A DNA stretch of 41,599 nucleotides from Octopus bimaculoides (taxonomy: Eukaryota): NCBI RefSeq assembly GCF_001194135.2, contig NC_068996.1, forward strand, positions 48,796,209 to 48,837,807. The letters are read 5' to 3'. The position numbers and the translations under genes were made by a program. Below are positions 22,575-35,090 of this stretch, one piece after another. How positions within the stretch are numbered: position 1 is the stretch's first letter; the number at the start of each line of letters is the position of its first letter. A model generated the notes under the pieces. The model was not told where the DNA came from, made no database searches, and saw nothing but the letters and a program-made list of their open reading frames with translations.

Positions 22575-23035
22575 CGTTTCAACTGGAAAAGCACAAGGCC
22601 TCAAATTTTGGGGAAGGGATTAAGTCAATTACATCGACCCCAGTGCATAACTGGTACTAATTTTATCGACCCTGAAAGGATGGAAGGCAAAGTCAACCCC
22701 AGCAGAATTTGGACTCAGAAGGTAGCGTCGGCTGAAATACTGCAAAAGCATTTCACTCAGTGTGCTAATGATTCTGCCAGCTCATCGCTTTCATAATAAT
22801 AATAATGATCATAATAATGGTTCCAAATTTTGCCACAAGGGTAGCAGTTTTGAGGAAGGGGATGAGTTGATTACATCGAACCCCAGTATTCAACTAGTAC
22901 TTATTTTTATCGACCCCCGAAAAGAAAAAGGACAAAGTCAACCTCAGTAGAATTTCAAGTCAGAATGTAGCAACAGGTGAAAGACGCTAAGCATTTCGTC
23001 CAGCGTGCTAATGATTCTGCCAGCTTGTCACTTCA
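20781..23035 (-). mobile_element. Chain of about six co-oriented tRNA-derived SINE C2 copies separated by (TAA)n-type tracts
   Basis: Copies at about 20781-20945, 21125-21350, 21370-21925 (split), 22312-22520, 22575-22790 and 22815-23035. They share GATGAAAGGCAAAGTCGACCTCGGTGGAATTTGAACTCAGAA, a B-box GAGTTCAAATTCC on the minus strand. Confidence 0.85.
21939..22311 (-). mobile_element. Non-autonomous DINE-1/HINE-type (Helentron-associated) element
   Basis: Perfect 11-bp hairpin ACCTCTGCCTT-AGTG-AAGGCAGAGGT (22281-22306) at one end. Small hairpin GCACTC-AGA-GAGCGC (21946-21960) with a degenerate subterminal repeat at the other. AA/TT termini and no TSD. Confidence 0.55.
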
Positions 23036-23102
23036 ATAATAATAAGAAGAATGATGAGGTGGAAGAAGAGGAGGATGACAACAACAATAATGATGACACT
23101 GT

Positions 23103-23141
<39 letters not shown>

Positions 23142-23515
23142 GCAATGATAACTAAGACGAACATGATGACAATGATGATGGAAACAAAGGCAATAATCAT
23201 GACGATAATGATGGTGATGATGATGATGATGATGATGATGAAGCAGGTGATGACGCCGATGATAGTGGTGGTGGTGGTGATGGTGGTAGTGGCGGCGGTG
23301 GTAGTGGTGGTCATGATGTTGGAGATGATGAAAATGATGATGAGGATGATGATGATGATGACAACAGCAACAATGATGATGATGATGATGATGATGATGG
23401 TATTGGTAATGATAACCTTGACTACAACTATGAGGTCAAGATGATAGTGATGATAAAATTGACGACGATGATGATGATGATGATGATGATGGTGATGTTG
23501 ATGATGATGACAATG
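23030..23515. repeat. Degenerate (GAT)n/(GGT)n trinucleotide field
   Basis: Directly visible. Source of the poly-M and poly-I ORFs. Confidence 0.95.
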
Positions 23516-23809
23516 TCAGTAATTATGTAATCGCCAAGCTAAGACAGTTCTGCAACTGGCAGCAAATGGCCAACTTAGTCGTTGACTTATTTTCGCACTG
23601 TCAGCTGCACCATTGCATGTGACGATGTACTCGAACCGTTGATTTCCTGTTGCTCTGCTGGACAGACATTCCACTGCACGACCCACCTCCCCCAACCTAC
23701 GCCACCCCACCACCCCACCACTTCACCTGCACAAATTAATTGACAAATCTGCATTGTATTTTTTGTAAATATTCTGCAAAGAGTTGGACGGACACACAGC
23801 TAATATATG

Positions 23810-24066
23810 CATACGCATGTGCATATCAACTTGCACATGTGCAGACACATATACACAACATATGCACATACACACACACACACATACACATACACATACA
23901 CATCACCGTACACTTACATACACACATGTGCACATGCATACACATACACACCATGTGCACATTTATTTATTACACAGACGCATACATGCATGCATATCAT
24001 ATATACAATTATATTATACATATGCACAAGTGACATATAGATATATATTTATATATATATATATAC

Positions 24067-24104
<38 letters not shown>

Positions 24105-24230
24105 CTGTACAAACACATATATACATGCTGAAAGACACATCCACATACATGTATGTATAGACATGCACACAGTGCATATACATGTTTGTACACATACACA
24201 TACAGCTATGCACGCACAAAATCAAACTCA
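23810..24230. repeat. Degenerate (CA)n/(TA)n field
   Basis: Directly visible. Confidence 0.9.
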
Positions 24231-24391
24231 TACATGTTATTAGATAAACATCTGAAGCAGATACATAAATTCATTTAAAAGCATTTTTACATACACACGT
24301 GGTTCAACTTTGAATGTCAATATATAGTATGAGCATGTGTGTGTGTATATATATCTTTATTGTATTCATGTGTATCATTGTAGCCAAGGTT

Positions 24392-24438
<47 letters not shown>

Positions 24439-24553
24439 TATTGTTGCTGTTGCCATCATCATCATCATCATCATCGTGTCATCATTATTGTTGTTGTCAT
24501 TCTCTTCTTCCACCTCATTTTTGTGTACAAATTTATACATAATTTTATACATA

Positions 24554-25295
24554 CAGGCTTGGCTGTGTGGTAAGAAGTTCCCTTCCCACCCATATGGTCC
24601 TGGGTTCAGTCCCACTGTGTGGAACCTTGGGCAAGTGTTTTCTACTATAGCCTCAGGCTGACCAAAGACTTGTGAGTAGATTCGGTGGATGGAAACTGAA
24701 AGAAGCCCATTGTGTGTGTGTGTATACATATTCTTTTTGTTTTCTTTTTATTTGTTTCAGTCATTTGATTGTGGCCATGCTAGAACACCACCTTTAGTCA
24801 AAACACATCGACCCCAAGACTTATTCTATCAGCTTTTATTACCGAACTGTTAAGTTACCTGGATGTAAACACACCAACATCAATTATCAAGCAATGGTAG
24901 GGGAACAAACACACACACACACGAACATATATATGGTGGGCTTCTTTCAGTTTCCGTCTACCAAATCCACTCACAAGGCTTTGGTCAGCCCAAAGCTATA
25001 GCAGAAGACATTTGCCCTCGGTGCCACGTAGTGGGACTGAACCCGGGACCATGTGGTTGGAAAGCAAGCTACTTACTACACAGCCACTCCGGCACCTATA
25101 TATGTTTATATATATATATCTATATATATATATAGATATAGATATGTTTGTGTGTGTCCACCACCACTTGAAAACCAATGTTAGTTTGTTTACATCCCTG
25201 TAACTTAATGTTTCAGTATGACACCAATAGCATAAGTACCAGGCTTAAAACTTTTCGAGGTGTTGCCCCAGCATGGTCACAGCCCACTGAAACAA
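24554..25295. mobile_element. Cluster of SINE A copies: head 24554-24722 (+), near full length 24745-25100 (-), tail 25150-25295 (+)
   Basis: tRNA-like head GTGGCTGTGTGGTAAG...GGGTTCAGTCCC and the family A tail. Confidence 0.82.
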
Positions 25296-25879
25296 CTAAA
25301 TTGTAAAAGATGCACACATATATTTATAAACATACATCCATATATCTTTATGCACATTTAATGTATATGTGCATGTGTTCAAGTATGTGCACATGTGCAT
25401 ATATGCATATATTAGGAACAACTTTTCTTAAAGATATATTAAAAATATGACTTTTCCCACATTTCCCTATAAGACATAGTAATTTATTTGGAAACATTAT
25501 GAATGTTTCCAGACTATCTCAGTTTCATTATCAGGATATGAAACAGTGTTGGTTTCTGTCTGTACTGCCTCTTTTACAATGAGTGACTTTTTTATGCAGG
25601 CTTTATTACCAGGATTTAACAATTAGAGCTTCACATCATCCACAGCATGGATTTTGAATGTTAGAGTTACACCTCATCAGTCAAATATTTATCTTGTTTG
25701 TGACGTGTGTTTGCTGCTTGTATCCATATTTATAAGTTCAACAGTGAAAGTGGAAGTTTTAAATTCATGGTCTAACTCTTACATTGATCTTATGAGCACA
25801 ACATTCTCTTATACACATACCATGCATTTACAACATGGACTGATTGCAACGGTTGACTCCATATATATATGCATAAACA

Positions 25880-26310
25880 TCGTCTCCTCCTCCCTCCTTC
25901 ATTGGACACGAAACTCAGCTTGTGAAGACTTATTGGGGCAAGCGAAATCGGGATAGCACCTGTGCCCAACGTCGCCTTTCTGGCACTTGTGCCCATGACA
26001 TGTGTAAGGATTTTCGAGCGAGATCGTTGCCAGTGCCACTGGACTGGCTCTTCTGCGGGTGGCACATAAAATACACCATTTCGAGCATGGCCGTTGCCAG
26101 TACTGCCGGACTGGCCTTCGTGCCGATGGCACGTAAAAGCACCCACTACACTCTCGGAGTGGTTGGCGTTAGGAAGGGCATCCAGCTGTAGAAACTCTTC
26201 CAAATCAGATCGGAGCCTGGTGTAGCCACCTGGTTTCACCAGTCCTCAGTCAAATCGTCCAACCCATGCTAGCATGGAAAGCAGACGTTAAACGATGATG
26301 ATGATGATGA
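25880..26310 (+). mobile_element. RTE 3' UTR copy (family B), well preserved
   Basis: Very similar to 10190-10515, retains many CpGs and ends in (GAT)n. Confidence 0.9.
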
Positions 26311-26464
26311 TAAACAATGGAGGATGCACAAGAAGTGTAATAGAATCGCAGGCAGGCTGACTATGGAATTAATATTTATATGTAGCAGGTACACAGAGGC
26401 ATTAAGTATATATAGGAAGCACCTGAGAAAAAATTCTCTGCAGCATTGTCTCAAAATGTTGATT

Positions 26465-26830
26465 ATTATCATCGTTATCATTTAATGTACACTTTCCATG
26501 CTGGCATGGGTTTGATGGTGTGATTGGAATGGGTAGTTTAGAGGATTATGTCAAAATCTAATGTCTGTTTTGGTATGGTTTCTACAGCTGGGTGCTCTTC
26601 TTAATAACAACTACTTTACAATGTGTGCTGGGTGCTTTTTAAGAGGCACAAGCTCTGGTGAGGTCATCGAGTAACCTGTAAGACAAAACCCGTCAACTGA
26701 GTGGAGGTGGGAGTAATATTGAGGGAGGTGGATTTGTACCTGGTGATGAGAAGTGAGAGTATAAATAGAGGGACAGAAATGAGTATCTTGCAGTAGAGGA
26801 GATACATGGCTACTGCACTCAGTAAAAGAG
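26465..26830 (-). mobile_element. Degenerate B/B2 RTE 3' UTR
   Basis: TTTCCATGCTGGCATGGGTT and TTTCTACAGCTGG motifs. Confidence 0.6.
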
Positions 26831-27068
26831 AAAGGAGAGAGAGTGAGAAAATTACTTAGAAACTCTATTATTCCAAATAAACTACAAAGGACTTATATGG
26901 AAATGCAAAAACACCCTAATAAAAAAAATTAACTGGAACACAGTCGTGTTTTTTTTTATATAATAATGATGAAAATGATGTGTAAAGGAAAATTGGTGGT
27001 GTGTGTGTATGTGTGTGTGTGTGTACGTGTGTGTGTATGTGTATGTGTGTGTATGTGTGTGTATGTGT

Positions 27069-27117
<49 letters not shown>

Positions 27118-27119
27118 CA

Positions 27120-27690
27120 ACTGAGAGAAGTTAGGTATAAGAGGAATTAGATGCAGTGTGCAAGAGAGAAGACTACGCTCATTTGGCCATGTGATAAGGA
27201 TGGATGCCAACAGCTCCATAAAGAAGTGCTTTTCACTAAAAGTGGATGGAACTTGTGAAAAAGGGAGACCCAGGAAGACATGGGATGAAGTACTGAATGA
27301 CAATCTCAGTGCGCCGAACCTTTCTGGCTAGATGATAAAGGACCAAAATACCTGCCACCTGGCTGTACTCATGACAGCTCGTCCTTCACAGCAGAAGTGT
27401 TAAGGCTGTTCCCCCTGGTGAAAAGAATTGGTCTGCAAGAGTCTTGTGCTGGTGCCACATAAAAAGCACTCATACCGGTGCCACGTAATAGTGTTTGTGC
27501 CAGTACCACGCTAAAAGCATCCAGTACACTCTGTAAAGTGGTTGGCATTAGAAGGGCATCCAGCTGTAGGAACGAAACCAAATCAGACTGGAACTTGGTG
27601 CAGCTCTCTGGCATGCCAGCTCTGGTTAAACTGTCCAACCCATACCAATATGGGAAATGGGCACATTAAAGAAGGATGATGATGATGATA
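27120..27690 (+). mobile_element. 5'-truncated RTE copy (C-terminus and 3' UTR)
   Basis: EKLGIRGIRCSVQERRLRSFGHVIRMD...GRPRKTWDEV, followed by a B-type UTR and (GAT)n. Confidence 0.82.
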
Positions 27691-27734
27691 TATATGTATT
27701 GAAGGCACATGGCTCAGTAGCTAGAGCATCAGGC

Positions 27735-27860
27735 TCACAAATGAGTTGGCCCCAGGCTATAGTAGAAGACACTTGCTCAAGGTGCCATGCAGTGGGACTG
27801 AGCCCAGGACCATGTGGTTGGGAAGCAAGCTACTTACCACACAACTACTCTTGTGCCTTG
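27735..27860 (-). mobile_element. SINE A head fragment
   Basis: GCTATAGTAGAAGACACTTGC...GCAAGCTACTTACCACACA. Confidence 0.75.
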
Positions 27861-28710
27861 GTGGTTCCGCTGTATAAAATCTATAAATCTAGCGAGTGGC
27901 GAGTAATTGTAGGAAGACAACAGAGAGAGAGAGAGAGTGAGAGAGAGNNNNNNNNNNNNNNNNNNNNNNNNNNNNNNNNNNNNNNNNNNNNNNNNNNNNN
28001 NNNNNNNNNNNNNNNNNNNNNNNNNNNNNNNNNNNNNNNNNNNNNNNNNNNNNNNNNNNNNNNNNNNNNNNNNNNNNNNNNNNNNNNNNNNNNNNNNNNN
28101 NNNNNNNNNNNNNNNNNNNNNNNNNNNNNNNNNNNNNNNNNNNNNNNNNNNNNNNNNNNNNNNNNNNNNNNNNNNNNNNNNNNNNNNNNNNNNNNNNNNN
28201 NNNNNNNNNNNNNNNNNNNNNNNNNNNNNNNNNNNNNNNNNNNNNNNNNNNNNNNNNNNNNNNNNNNNNNNNNNNNNNNNNNNNNNNNNNNNNNNNNNNN
28301 NNNNNNNNNNNNNNNNNNNNNNNNNNNNNNNNNNNNNNNNNNNNNNNNNNNNNNNNNNNNNNNNNNNNNNNNNNNNNNNNNNNNNNNNNNNNNNNNNNNN
28401 NNNNNNNNNNNNNNNNNNNNNNNNNNNNNNNNNNNNNNNNNNNNNNNNNNNNNNNNNNNNNNNNNNNNNNNNNNNNNNNNNNNNNNNNNNNNNNNNNNNN
28501 NNNNNNNNNNNNNNNNNNNNNNNNNNNNNNNNNNNNNNNNNNNNNNNNNNNNNNNNNNNNNNNNNNNNNNNNNNNNNNNNNNNNNNNNNNNNNNNNNNNN
28601 NNNNNNNNNNNNNNNNNNNNNNNNNNNNNNNNNNNNNNNNNNNNNNNNNNNNNNNNNNNNNNNNNNNNNNNNNNNNNNNNNNNNNNNNNNNNNNNNNNNN
28701 NNNNNNNNNN

Positions 28711-28744
<34 letters not shown>

Positions 28745-29179
28745 CTAAGGATGTGTTATAACACTATTCCACATTTACAAAAACAGCCATACCAACAATC
28801 CAACATGCCTCCATCATCAGCTGCCCCACAGATATCATTATGGTTTCGACACCTGGGCAAGATTTACAAATACATATTGTATATACATATATAGATATAT
28901 CTACTAATATTTATTATATGTATATGCATTATCTATTGTGTATGTGTGTGTGTGTTCATTCACATAATAACCATTTTTTCCATGGTTCCATGATACCATG
29001 AATTTATATAGGAAGTTATTTGAAGTAGAATCCTTATGCTCTTCCTGTCATCAACCCTTATATATATATTTCCAAGGAAGAGATTTTTTCTTTTCAAAAT
29101 CCAAAGTTCTTTGAATGCTCATTAAATTAATGTTTTTGGTCTTAGTTCCCCAGACTCAAATTTGTAATTTGATATTGAT

Positions 29180-29420
29180 TTAAAATTTTGGGCACAAGGC
29201 CAGCAAGTTTCTGGGGAAAGTGTACGTCAATTACATCAACCCCAGTGTTTAACTGGTACTTATTTTATTGATCCCCGAAAGGATGGAAGGCAAAGTCAAC
29301 TTTGGAAGAAAATTTGAACTCAGAACACAAAGATGGACAAAATGCCTCTTAGCATTTTGTCTGGCATGCTGACAATTCTGTCAGCTTACCTCTTTAATAA
29401 TAATAATAATAATAATAATG

Positions 29421-29480
<60 letters not shown>

Positions 29481-29680
29481 TTGGTTTCAAATTTTGTCAC
29501 AAGACTAGCAATTTTGGAGAGAGAGGGAGTAAGTCGATTACATTGACCCCAGTGGTCAACTGGTACTTATTTTATCGACTCTAAAAGGATGAAAACAAGG
29601 TCAACCTTAGTGGAATTTGACCCCAGAGCATAGCAATGGAAGAAATACTGCTAAGCATTTTGACCTGCCAGCTTGCTACC
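29180..29680 (-). mobile_element. Two SINE C2 copies separated by a long (TAA)n at about 29394-29480
   Basis: Same motifs as the 20781-23035 chain. Confidence 0.82.
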
Positions 29681-30149
29681 TTAATTTGTAATTTACTATT
29701 AGCTATATCATACTCACCACATTATCGTCATCATATTACATCCAGTTTTCCATACTTGCCTGAATGAGAGAGAATTTGTGAAGCTGGATGCCCTTACTAT
29801 CACCAACCCTTACCTGTTTCCAACCAAGGTGATTCCTCCCCGCCCCCAGAACCATGTGGTTTGAGAGCTAACTTCTTTTCACACAGCCATGCCTGTATGT
29901 ATAACTGGGAATATACCATTTCTTTTGTCTCACTCTGCTGTTTTTATGCCTCACTCTCACTCAGGAATTCTCCATACCAAGGCATCTGCTTCCCTCATTT
30001 ATTTACCATTCAATGAGGATAATCCTTTCTCTCTTATGTTAGGTCTTTTTATCACAGCCCTATGCCATTTTCATTCATTCTCTCAATCCTTTCAACTTTT
30101 ACCACACCCGCCATACAGTACTCTTTCTTTTTCTTTCTCTCTCTCTCTC

Positions 30150-30780
30150 AGCTTTAACCTCACCTATTGAAAGTACTTTATATCTCTCGCATCTTTAACC
30201 ACACCCATTGTACAGTACCATACATATCTCTTTCATCTTTTAACCACACCCACTGTGCAGTGCTATATATCTCTCTCATCTTTAGCCACACCCACTGTAC
30301 GGTACCATATATCTCTCACATCTTTAACCTCACCCCCTATATATCTCTCATCTTTAACCACACCCACTATACAGTACCATATATATTTCTTTCATCTTTA
30401 ACCACAGCCACTGTGCAGTACCATATATTTCTCTCATCTTTAACCACACCCATTGTACAGTGCTATATATCTCTCTTATCTTTAGCCACACCCACTGTAC
30501 AGTACCATATATATATATATATATCTCATCTTTAACCACAGCCACTGTACAGTGCCATATATCTGTCTCATCTTTAACCACACCCACTGTACAGTACCAT
30601 ATATATATATATATATATCATCTTTGGCCACACCCACTGTACAGTGCTATGTATATCTCTCTCATCTTTAACCACACCCACTATACAGTACTGTATATAT
30701 CTCTTTCATCTTTAACCACACCCACTATACAGTACCATATTTATCTCTCATCTTTAGCCACACCCACTCTATAGTATTTT
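30150..30780. repeat. Minisatellite, about 14 units of about 42-50 bp
   Basis: Unit TCTTTAACCACACCCACTGTACAGTACC(AT)nCTCTCA. Unit length varies with the internal (AT)n. Confidence 0.92.
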
Positions 30781-30984
30781 ATATTTCTCTCCTCTTTTTA
30801 TCCTTGCAAATAACTTGTCAATTTTGTCCTAACACTAACTGTTCATTATTTTTCTTTTTCACCTTTTTTTACCATTCCACTTGGAATTTAACAAATCTTT
30901 ACATCACCATTGCTAAACATTACAACTTTCCATAATTTTGAAACATCAAGAAATTTGATATTTATATTTTCGTTTTATTTTTTA

Positions 30985-31395
30985 TCTTTTACTTGTTTCA
31001 GTCATTAGACTACGGCCATGCTGGGGCACCACCTTCAAAAATTTTTAGTCAAATGAATTGACCCCAATACTTACTTTTTTCCTTTCAAGCCTAGTATTTA
31101 TTCTATCGGTTTCTTTTTGCTGAACTGCTAGGTTATGAGGACGTAAATAAACCAACACCAGTTGTCAAGTGGCGGTGAGGACAAACACAGACACAAAGAT
31201 ACACACACACACGTGCACACACACACACACATATACACATGACAATCTTTTTTCAGTTTCTGTCTACCAAATCCACTCACAAGGCTTTGGTTCGCCTAGG
31301 GCTTTAGTAGAAGACACTTGCCCAAGGTGCCATGCAATGGGACTGAACCCAGAACTATGTGGTTGAGAAGAAAGCTTCTTACCACGCAACCATGT
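30985..31395 (-). mobile_element. Near full-length SINE A
   Basis: Head, central (GT)n and tail are all present. Confidence 0.85.
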
Positions 31396-31454
31396 TTTAT
31401 TTCATCTTTGTTTATATAATTTCATGAACACAATGCAAACAATTATTATTATTA

Positions 31455-31870
31455 TATGCTCTGGTGTAGTACCAGGCAGTGGCTCTCATGGCTTCTGATC
31501 ATAATTGATTGGAAGTGTTATCATGTACATTGTTTTGTCTTGGTATAAAAGATGGGCTACAGCAAATATTCTGCTCAATACCACAGATTTGCTTGTCAGT
31601 TGTTTGACCTTAACCAGTTGAGCATGTCCTTTGGAAACATAGGTGTTTTGTTCAGCATCCTTAAACATCTCTCATTCAAGGGACCTTTTGAGTGGGACTT
31701 GAAAAAAATTCTAACTGGGCCCGCTTGCAAGGTCATGTGCTGTTTATCTTGATATGAGATCACTATGTCGCGCACATATGGTTGTGATGCACGTGCCTGG
31801 TATACCCTTATCAGATGGGTAGTCATGATGGGTATATATTAGGCTTCATATATTTGTACCCCAGTGTCAA
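31455..31870 (+). repeat. Longer copy of unclassified family F
   Basis: The 3' part aligns with 321-455. Confidence 0.6.
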
Positions 31871-32158
31871 TATTATTATTATTGTTGTTGTTGTTGTTGT
31901 TATTATTATTTTAATTTTGTTTCTAATTAGTGACTTTGACAATTCTATTTCGCAATTAATAGGCTCATGCCCTTTGAAGTGACCACAAAGTTAAACAAGT
32001 TCTTTGGTGTTTCAACAGCAATGGAAAAATGCAAGAAACTTGGAAATGCTACATCAAGCTGACTGAAATCTAAATGTAATACTTGTTTTTTAATGATTTA
32101 CTATTCTTTAATATATTTTCTTTATATTTTACATTTTATGGAAATCCCTTCCATTCTT

Positions 32159-32382
32159 ATTTCTTTACTGCTCACAAGGACAGACAAACAGATTAAGTCG
32201 ATTATATCAACACCAGTGCATAACTGGTACCTATTTAATCGACTCCGAAAGTATGAAAGGCAAAGTCGACCTCGGCAGAATTTGAACTCAGAATGTAGCG
32301 GCAGACAAAATACCGCTAAGCATTTTGCCCAGCATGCTAACGTTTCTGCCAGCTCGCCACCAACTGGTACTGCTAAGAATGG
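32159..32382 (-). mobile_element. SINE C1 (C head with AATAAAGAA-type tail)
   Basis: Homologous to 40588-40816. Flanked by AATCCCTTCCATTCTT at 32143-32158 and 32383-32398. Confidence 0.85.
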
Positions 32383-32759
32383 AATCCCTTCCATTCTTGC
32401 CACTTAAACCCACATCTTTCTGAAAGTATATTCTTAAAGTTTTTTAAGAAATTGTTGTTGTTTTTTTTCTTTAACTTTTCTTTTTTTTTTTTTCCAAACT
32501 TTGAGTATCTTTATACTTTATTTTGTAATTTGACATAAATAATTTAATAAATAAATAATCCTTTTTATATTATACACANNNNNNNNNNNNNNNNNNNNNN
32601 NNNNNNNNNNNNNNNNNNNNNNNNNNNNNNNNNNNNNNNNNNNNNNNNNNNNNNNNNNNNNNNNNNNNNNNNNNNNNNNNNNNNNNNNNNNNNNNNNNNN
32701 NNNNNNNNNNNNNNNNNNNNNNNNNNNNNNNNNNNNNNNNNNNNNNNNNNNNNNNNNNN

Positions 32760-33087
32760 AAAATGCTTTCTAATTGATGTATCAATATCAGCAGATGACA
32801 ACGTTTCCCTAAAAGAGAATGGAAAAACTTTCAAAATACAAAGACCTGGAAATAGAGGTAACTCGAATGTGGAATCTAAAAACAGAAACAATTCCTATCA
32901 TAGTAAGTGCCTTAGGTATAATAAAAAAATATTCAGACAAATACATAACAAAAACACCAGGACTTACAAATATATATAACATACAGAAAATTGCACTACT
33001 GGGTACTGCACACATTCTACGCAAAACACTTTCAATACAGTAACCATAAGAGCATCACAGCAAACCACAGCACAGAACAATAATAAT
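32760..33087 (+). mobile_element. R4/Dong-like element 3' end with REL endonuclease motifs
   Basis: KCFLIDVSISADDNVSLK, a frameshift, then MEKLSKYKDLEIEVTRMWNL...LRKTLSIQ*. The UTR is internally shortened and ends GAACAATAATAAT. Confidence 0.85.
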
Positions 33088-33500
33088 AAGTCATAAATCC
33101 CTTAGCAGTTCCAGTTGTTATTTATAGTTTGAATGTGTTGAAATGGAATGTGAGCAAAATAAGGAAGATGAATTGGAAAATCTGTAAGCTGCTGACTTGC
33201 AATAAGATGCACCACCCAAAGGCAAATGCAGAAAGTCTTTACCTTCCCAGAGCCCAAGGAGGTCGAGGCTTGATCCAATTTGAAATCTCTTACAAAACCA
33301 CTACAATTAGACTGGCCAAATATCCTGAAACATCTAATGACTGGATGCTAAAACTCATGAAAGATGTAAGAAGCTTCATTTTGTTATGAAGGAGAGCAAA
33401 AAAATCTGTTATTGAGTTCATGCATAATACCCAGGTTGAACAGCATAATGGAAGCATGGCAACTGTTGTTGCAAAGAAGGTGAAATCAATGGCATCCTGT
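33088..33500 (+). mobile_element. Internal (RT thumb) fragment of an R4/Dong-like element
   Basis: INPLAVPVVIYS...KLLTCNKMHHPKANAESLYLPRAQGGRGLI is the MHHPKxxxxRLYLPRxxGGRGL signature of REL-type non-LTR elements. Confidence 0.8.
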
Positions 33501-33568
33501 AGGGATGAAAGGCAAAGTTGACCTCGGTGGAATTTAAACTCAGAACATAGGGACATATGAAATGCTGA

Positions 33569-33604
<36 letters not shown>

Positions 33605-34060
33605 TCTTTCTACTATAGGCACAAGGTCTGGAATATGAGGGGAGGGGACTAGTCGATTACATCAACCCCGGTACTTGACTGGTACTTAATTTATCAACCC
33701 TGAAAGCATGAAAGGCAAAGCCAACCTCAGCAGAATTTGAACTCAGAATGTAAAGACAGACAAAATACCACTAAGCATTTCGCCTGGCATGCTAAAGTTT
33801 CAGCCAATTTACCACCTTAATAATGATGATGATGATGATAATTCTTTCTACTGTAGGCACAAGGCCTCAAATTTGTGGGAAGGGATTAAGTTAATTATAT
33901 CGACTCCAGTGTGTGACTGGTACTTATTTAATCAACCCCAAAAGGATGAAAGGCAAAGTCGACCTCAGTGGAATTTGAACTCAGAACGTAGCGGCAGACA
34001 AAATACTGCTAATCATTTCGCCCGGCGTGCTATCAATACTGCCAGCTCACTGCCTCAATA
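33500..34060 (-). mobile_element. Three SINE C2 copies (first partial) separated by (TAA)n/(GAT)n
   Basis: Repeated ATTCTTTCTACT(A/G)TAGGCACAAGG tails at about 33603 and 33841. Confidence 0.85.
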
Positions 34061-34929
34061 ACGATAAAAATAATAATTATAATTGTCTCTTTATTTAATA
34101 GGTTATTGAAGGTAAAGTTATAGACTTGGCAGATGAATATGTTAAGCATATTTGCAGAGTTGTAATTCTATAGAAAATATTCATTCATACCAAGCATCAA
34201 TCTTTTTGCTTTTGTTTTTTGTTTTTTTTTTAACTTTCATTTGCGAACATGCATGAAAATCTAGATTTTTCTGAAAAATCATGTTGGTGCCAACTTTTCT
34301 TGAACAGCTCCGTAATTATTGAAAAATCTTTTATCCATATCTTTAAGAATCTAATCGCATTTCTTCCCAGTGAAATGGATAGGAATGTTATCGAATAATA
34401 TCTGAAATTTGAATATTGGTTTGAAATCAATATCTTAACCATATTAAATCATTCTTGAAGATTTATTAGGAAAATGGCTGTTGTCTGACAGTTCTGTATC
34501 CAGTTACATGATTATATTTATTGATTTATGGCAGTTTACACTATGCTAGCACATCTTCTAAGGCTTCTTCCAGTTCTCTTGGATACTGGTAAGGCCTAGC
34601 AAGAATTCATGTCAGAAAAGACCAACACAATACAGAAATAGATTTAATTCCTTGAAGTATTGAATAATTTCATACTGTTCGGTTCTGCATTAAAGTTCAG
34701 TTGAGGTTGATACAGTAAACTACCTACTAATAATATGTTTGGATTGATGCAACAAACTCTAATCCATTCACCCATCCATTTTCTCTGCTCAATTGCTTGT
34801 ATGGTCATTGGTGTTGAGCCCTTCATAGAATTCTATCAAAAGCAACCGTCATTAGACTTTCCTGCTGGGTTTCCAAACATGAACAACTGAACTATGGATA
34901 TTCTCCAACCATCTTATTCCTAGTTTATC

Positions 34930-35090
34930 CCTAAGTCTCCTGCCAGTTGTGGGGCTAGTCCTCTGGCACTTTCTCCATGGGGTCCTACCAGAAACAACCA
35001 TCATTACACTTTCCAGCTGGATTCCAAAGTGTGACCAACTTAGACTATGGATTTTATCCAACCATTTCAATCTTGGTCTACCCCATTAGG
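34930..35090 (-). mobile_element. Degenerate RTE-like C-terminal fragment
   Basis: Minus strand reads GRPRLKWLDKI...SGRTPWRK...TTGRRL, resembling the GRPRxRWxD...DRxxWR end of RTE ORFs. Confidence 0.5.

Noticed and set aside
5019-24729. YIYI, VCVC, HTHT, poly-M, poly-T and poly-V ORFs
   Set aside because: Translations of microsatellites, with no splice or homology support.
30150-30780. CRISPR-like array
   Set aside because: The units are contiguous with no unique spacers, the context is eukaryotic and there are no cas genes.
34563-34588. Possible next SDR exon (T)LLPVLLDT with a GTAAGG donor
   Set aside because: The LLP start fits the family and the phase fits, but the acceptor is AAG, the exon would be only 26 nt and similarity ends at once. 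RNA-seq would decide.
34716-34890. Possible terminal exon (T)KLPTNNMFGLMQQ...*
   Set aside because: No pyrimidine tract and no resemblance to the SDR16C C-terminus beyond LP.
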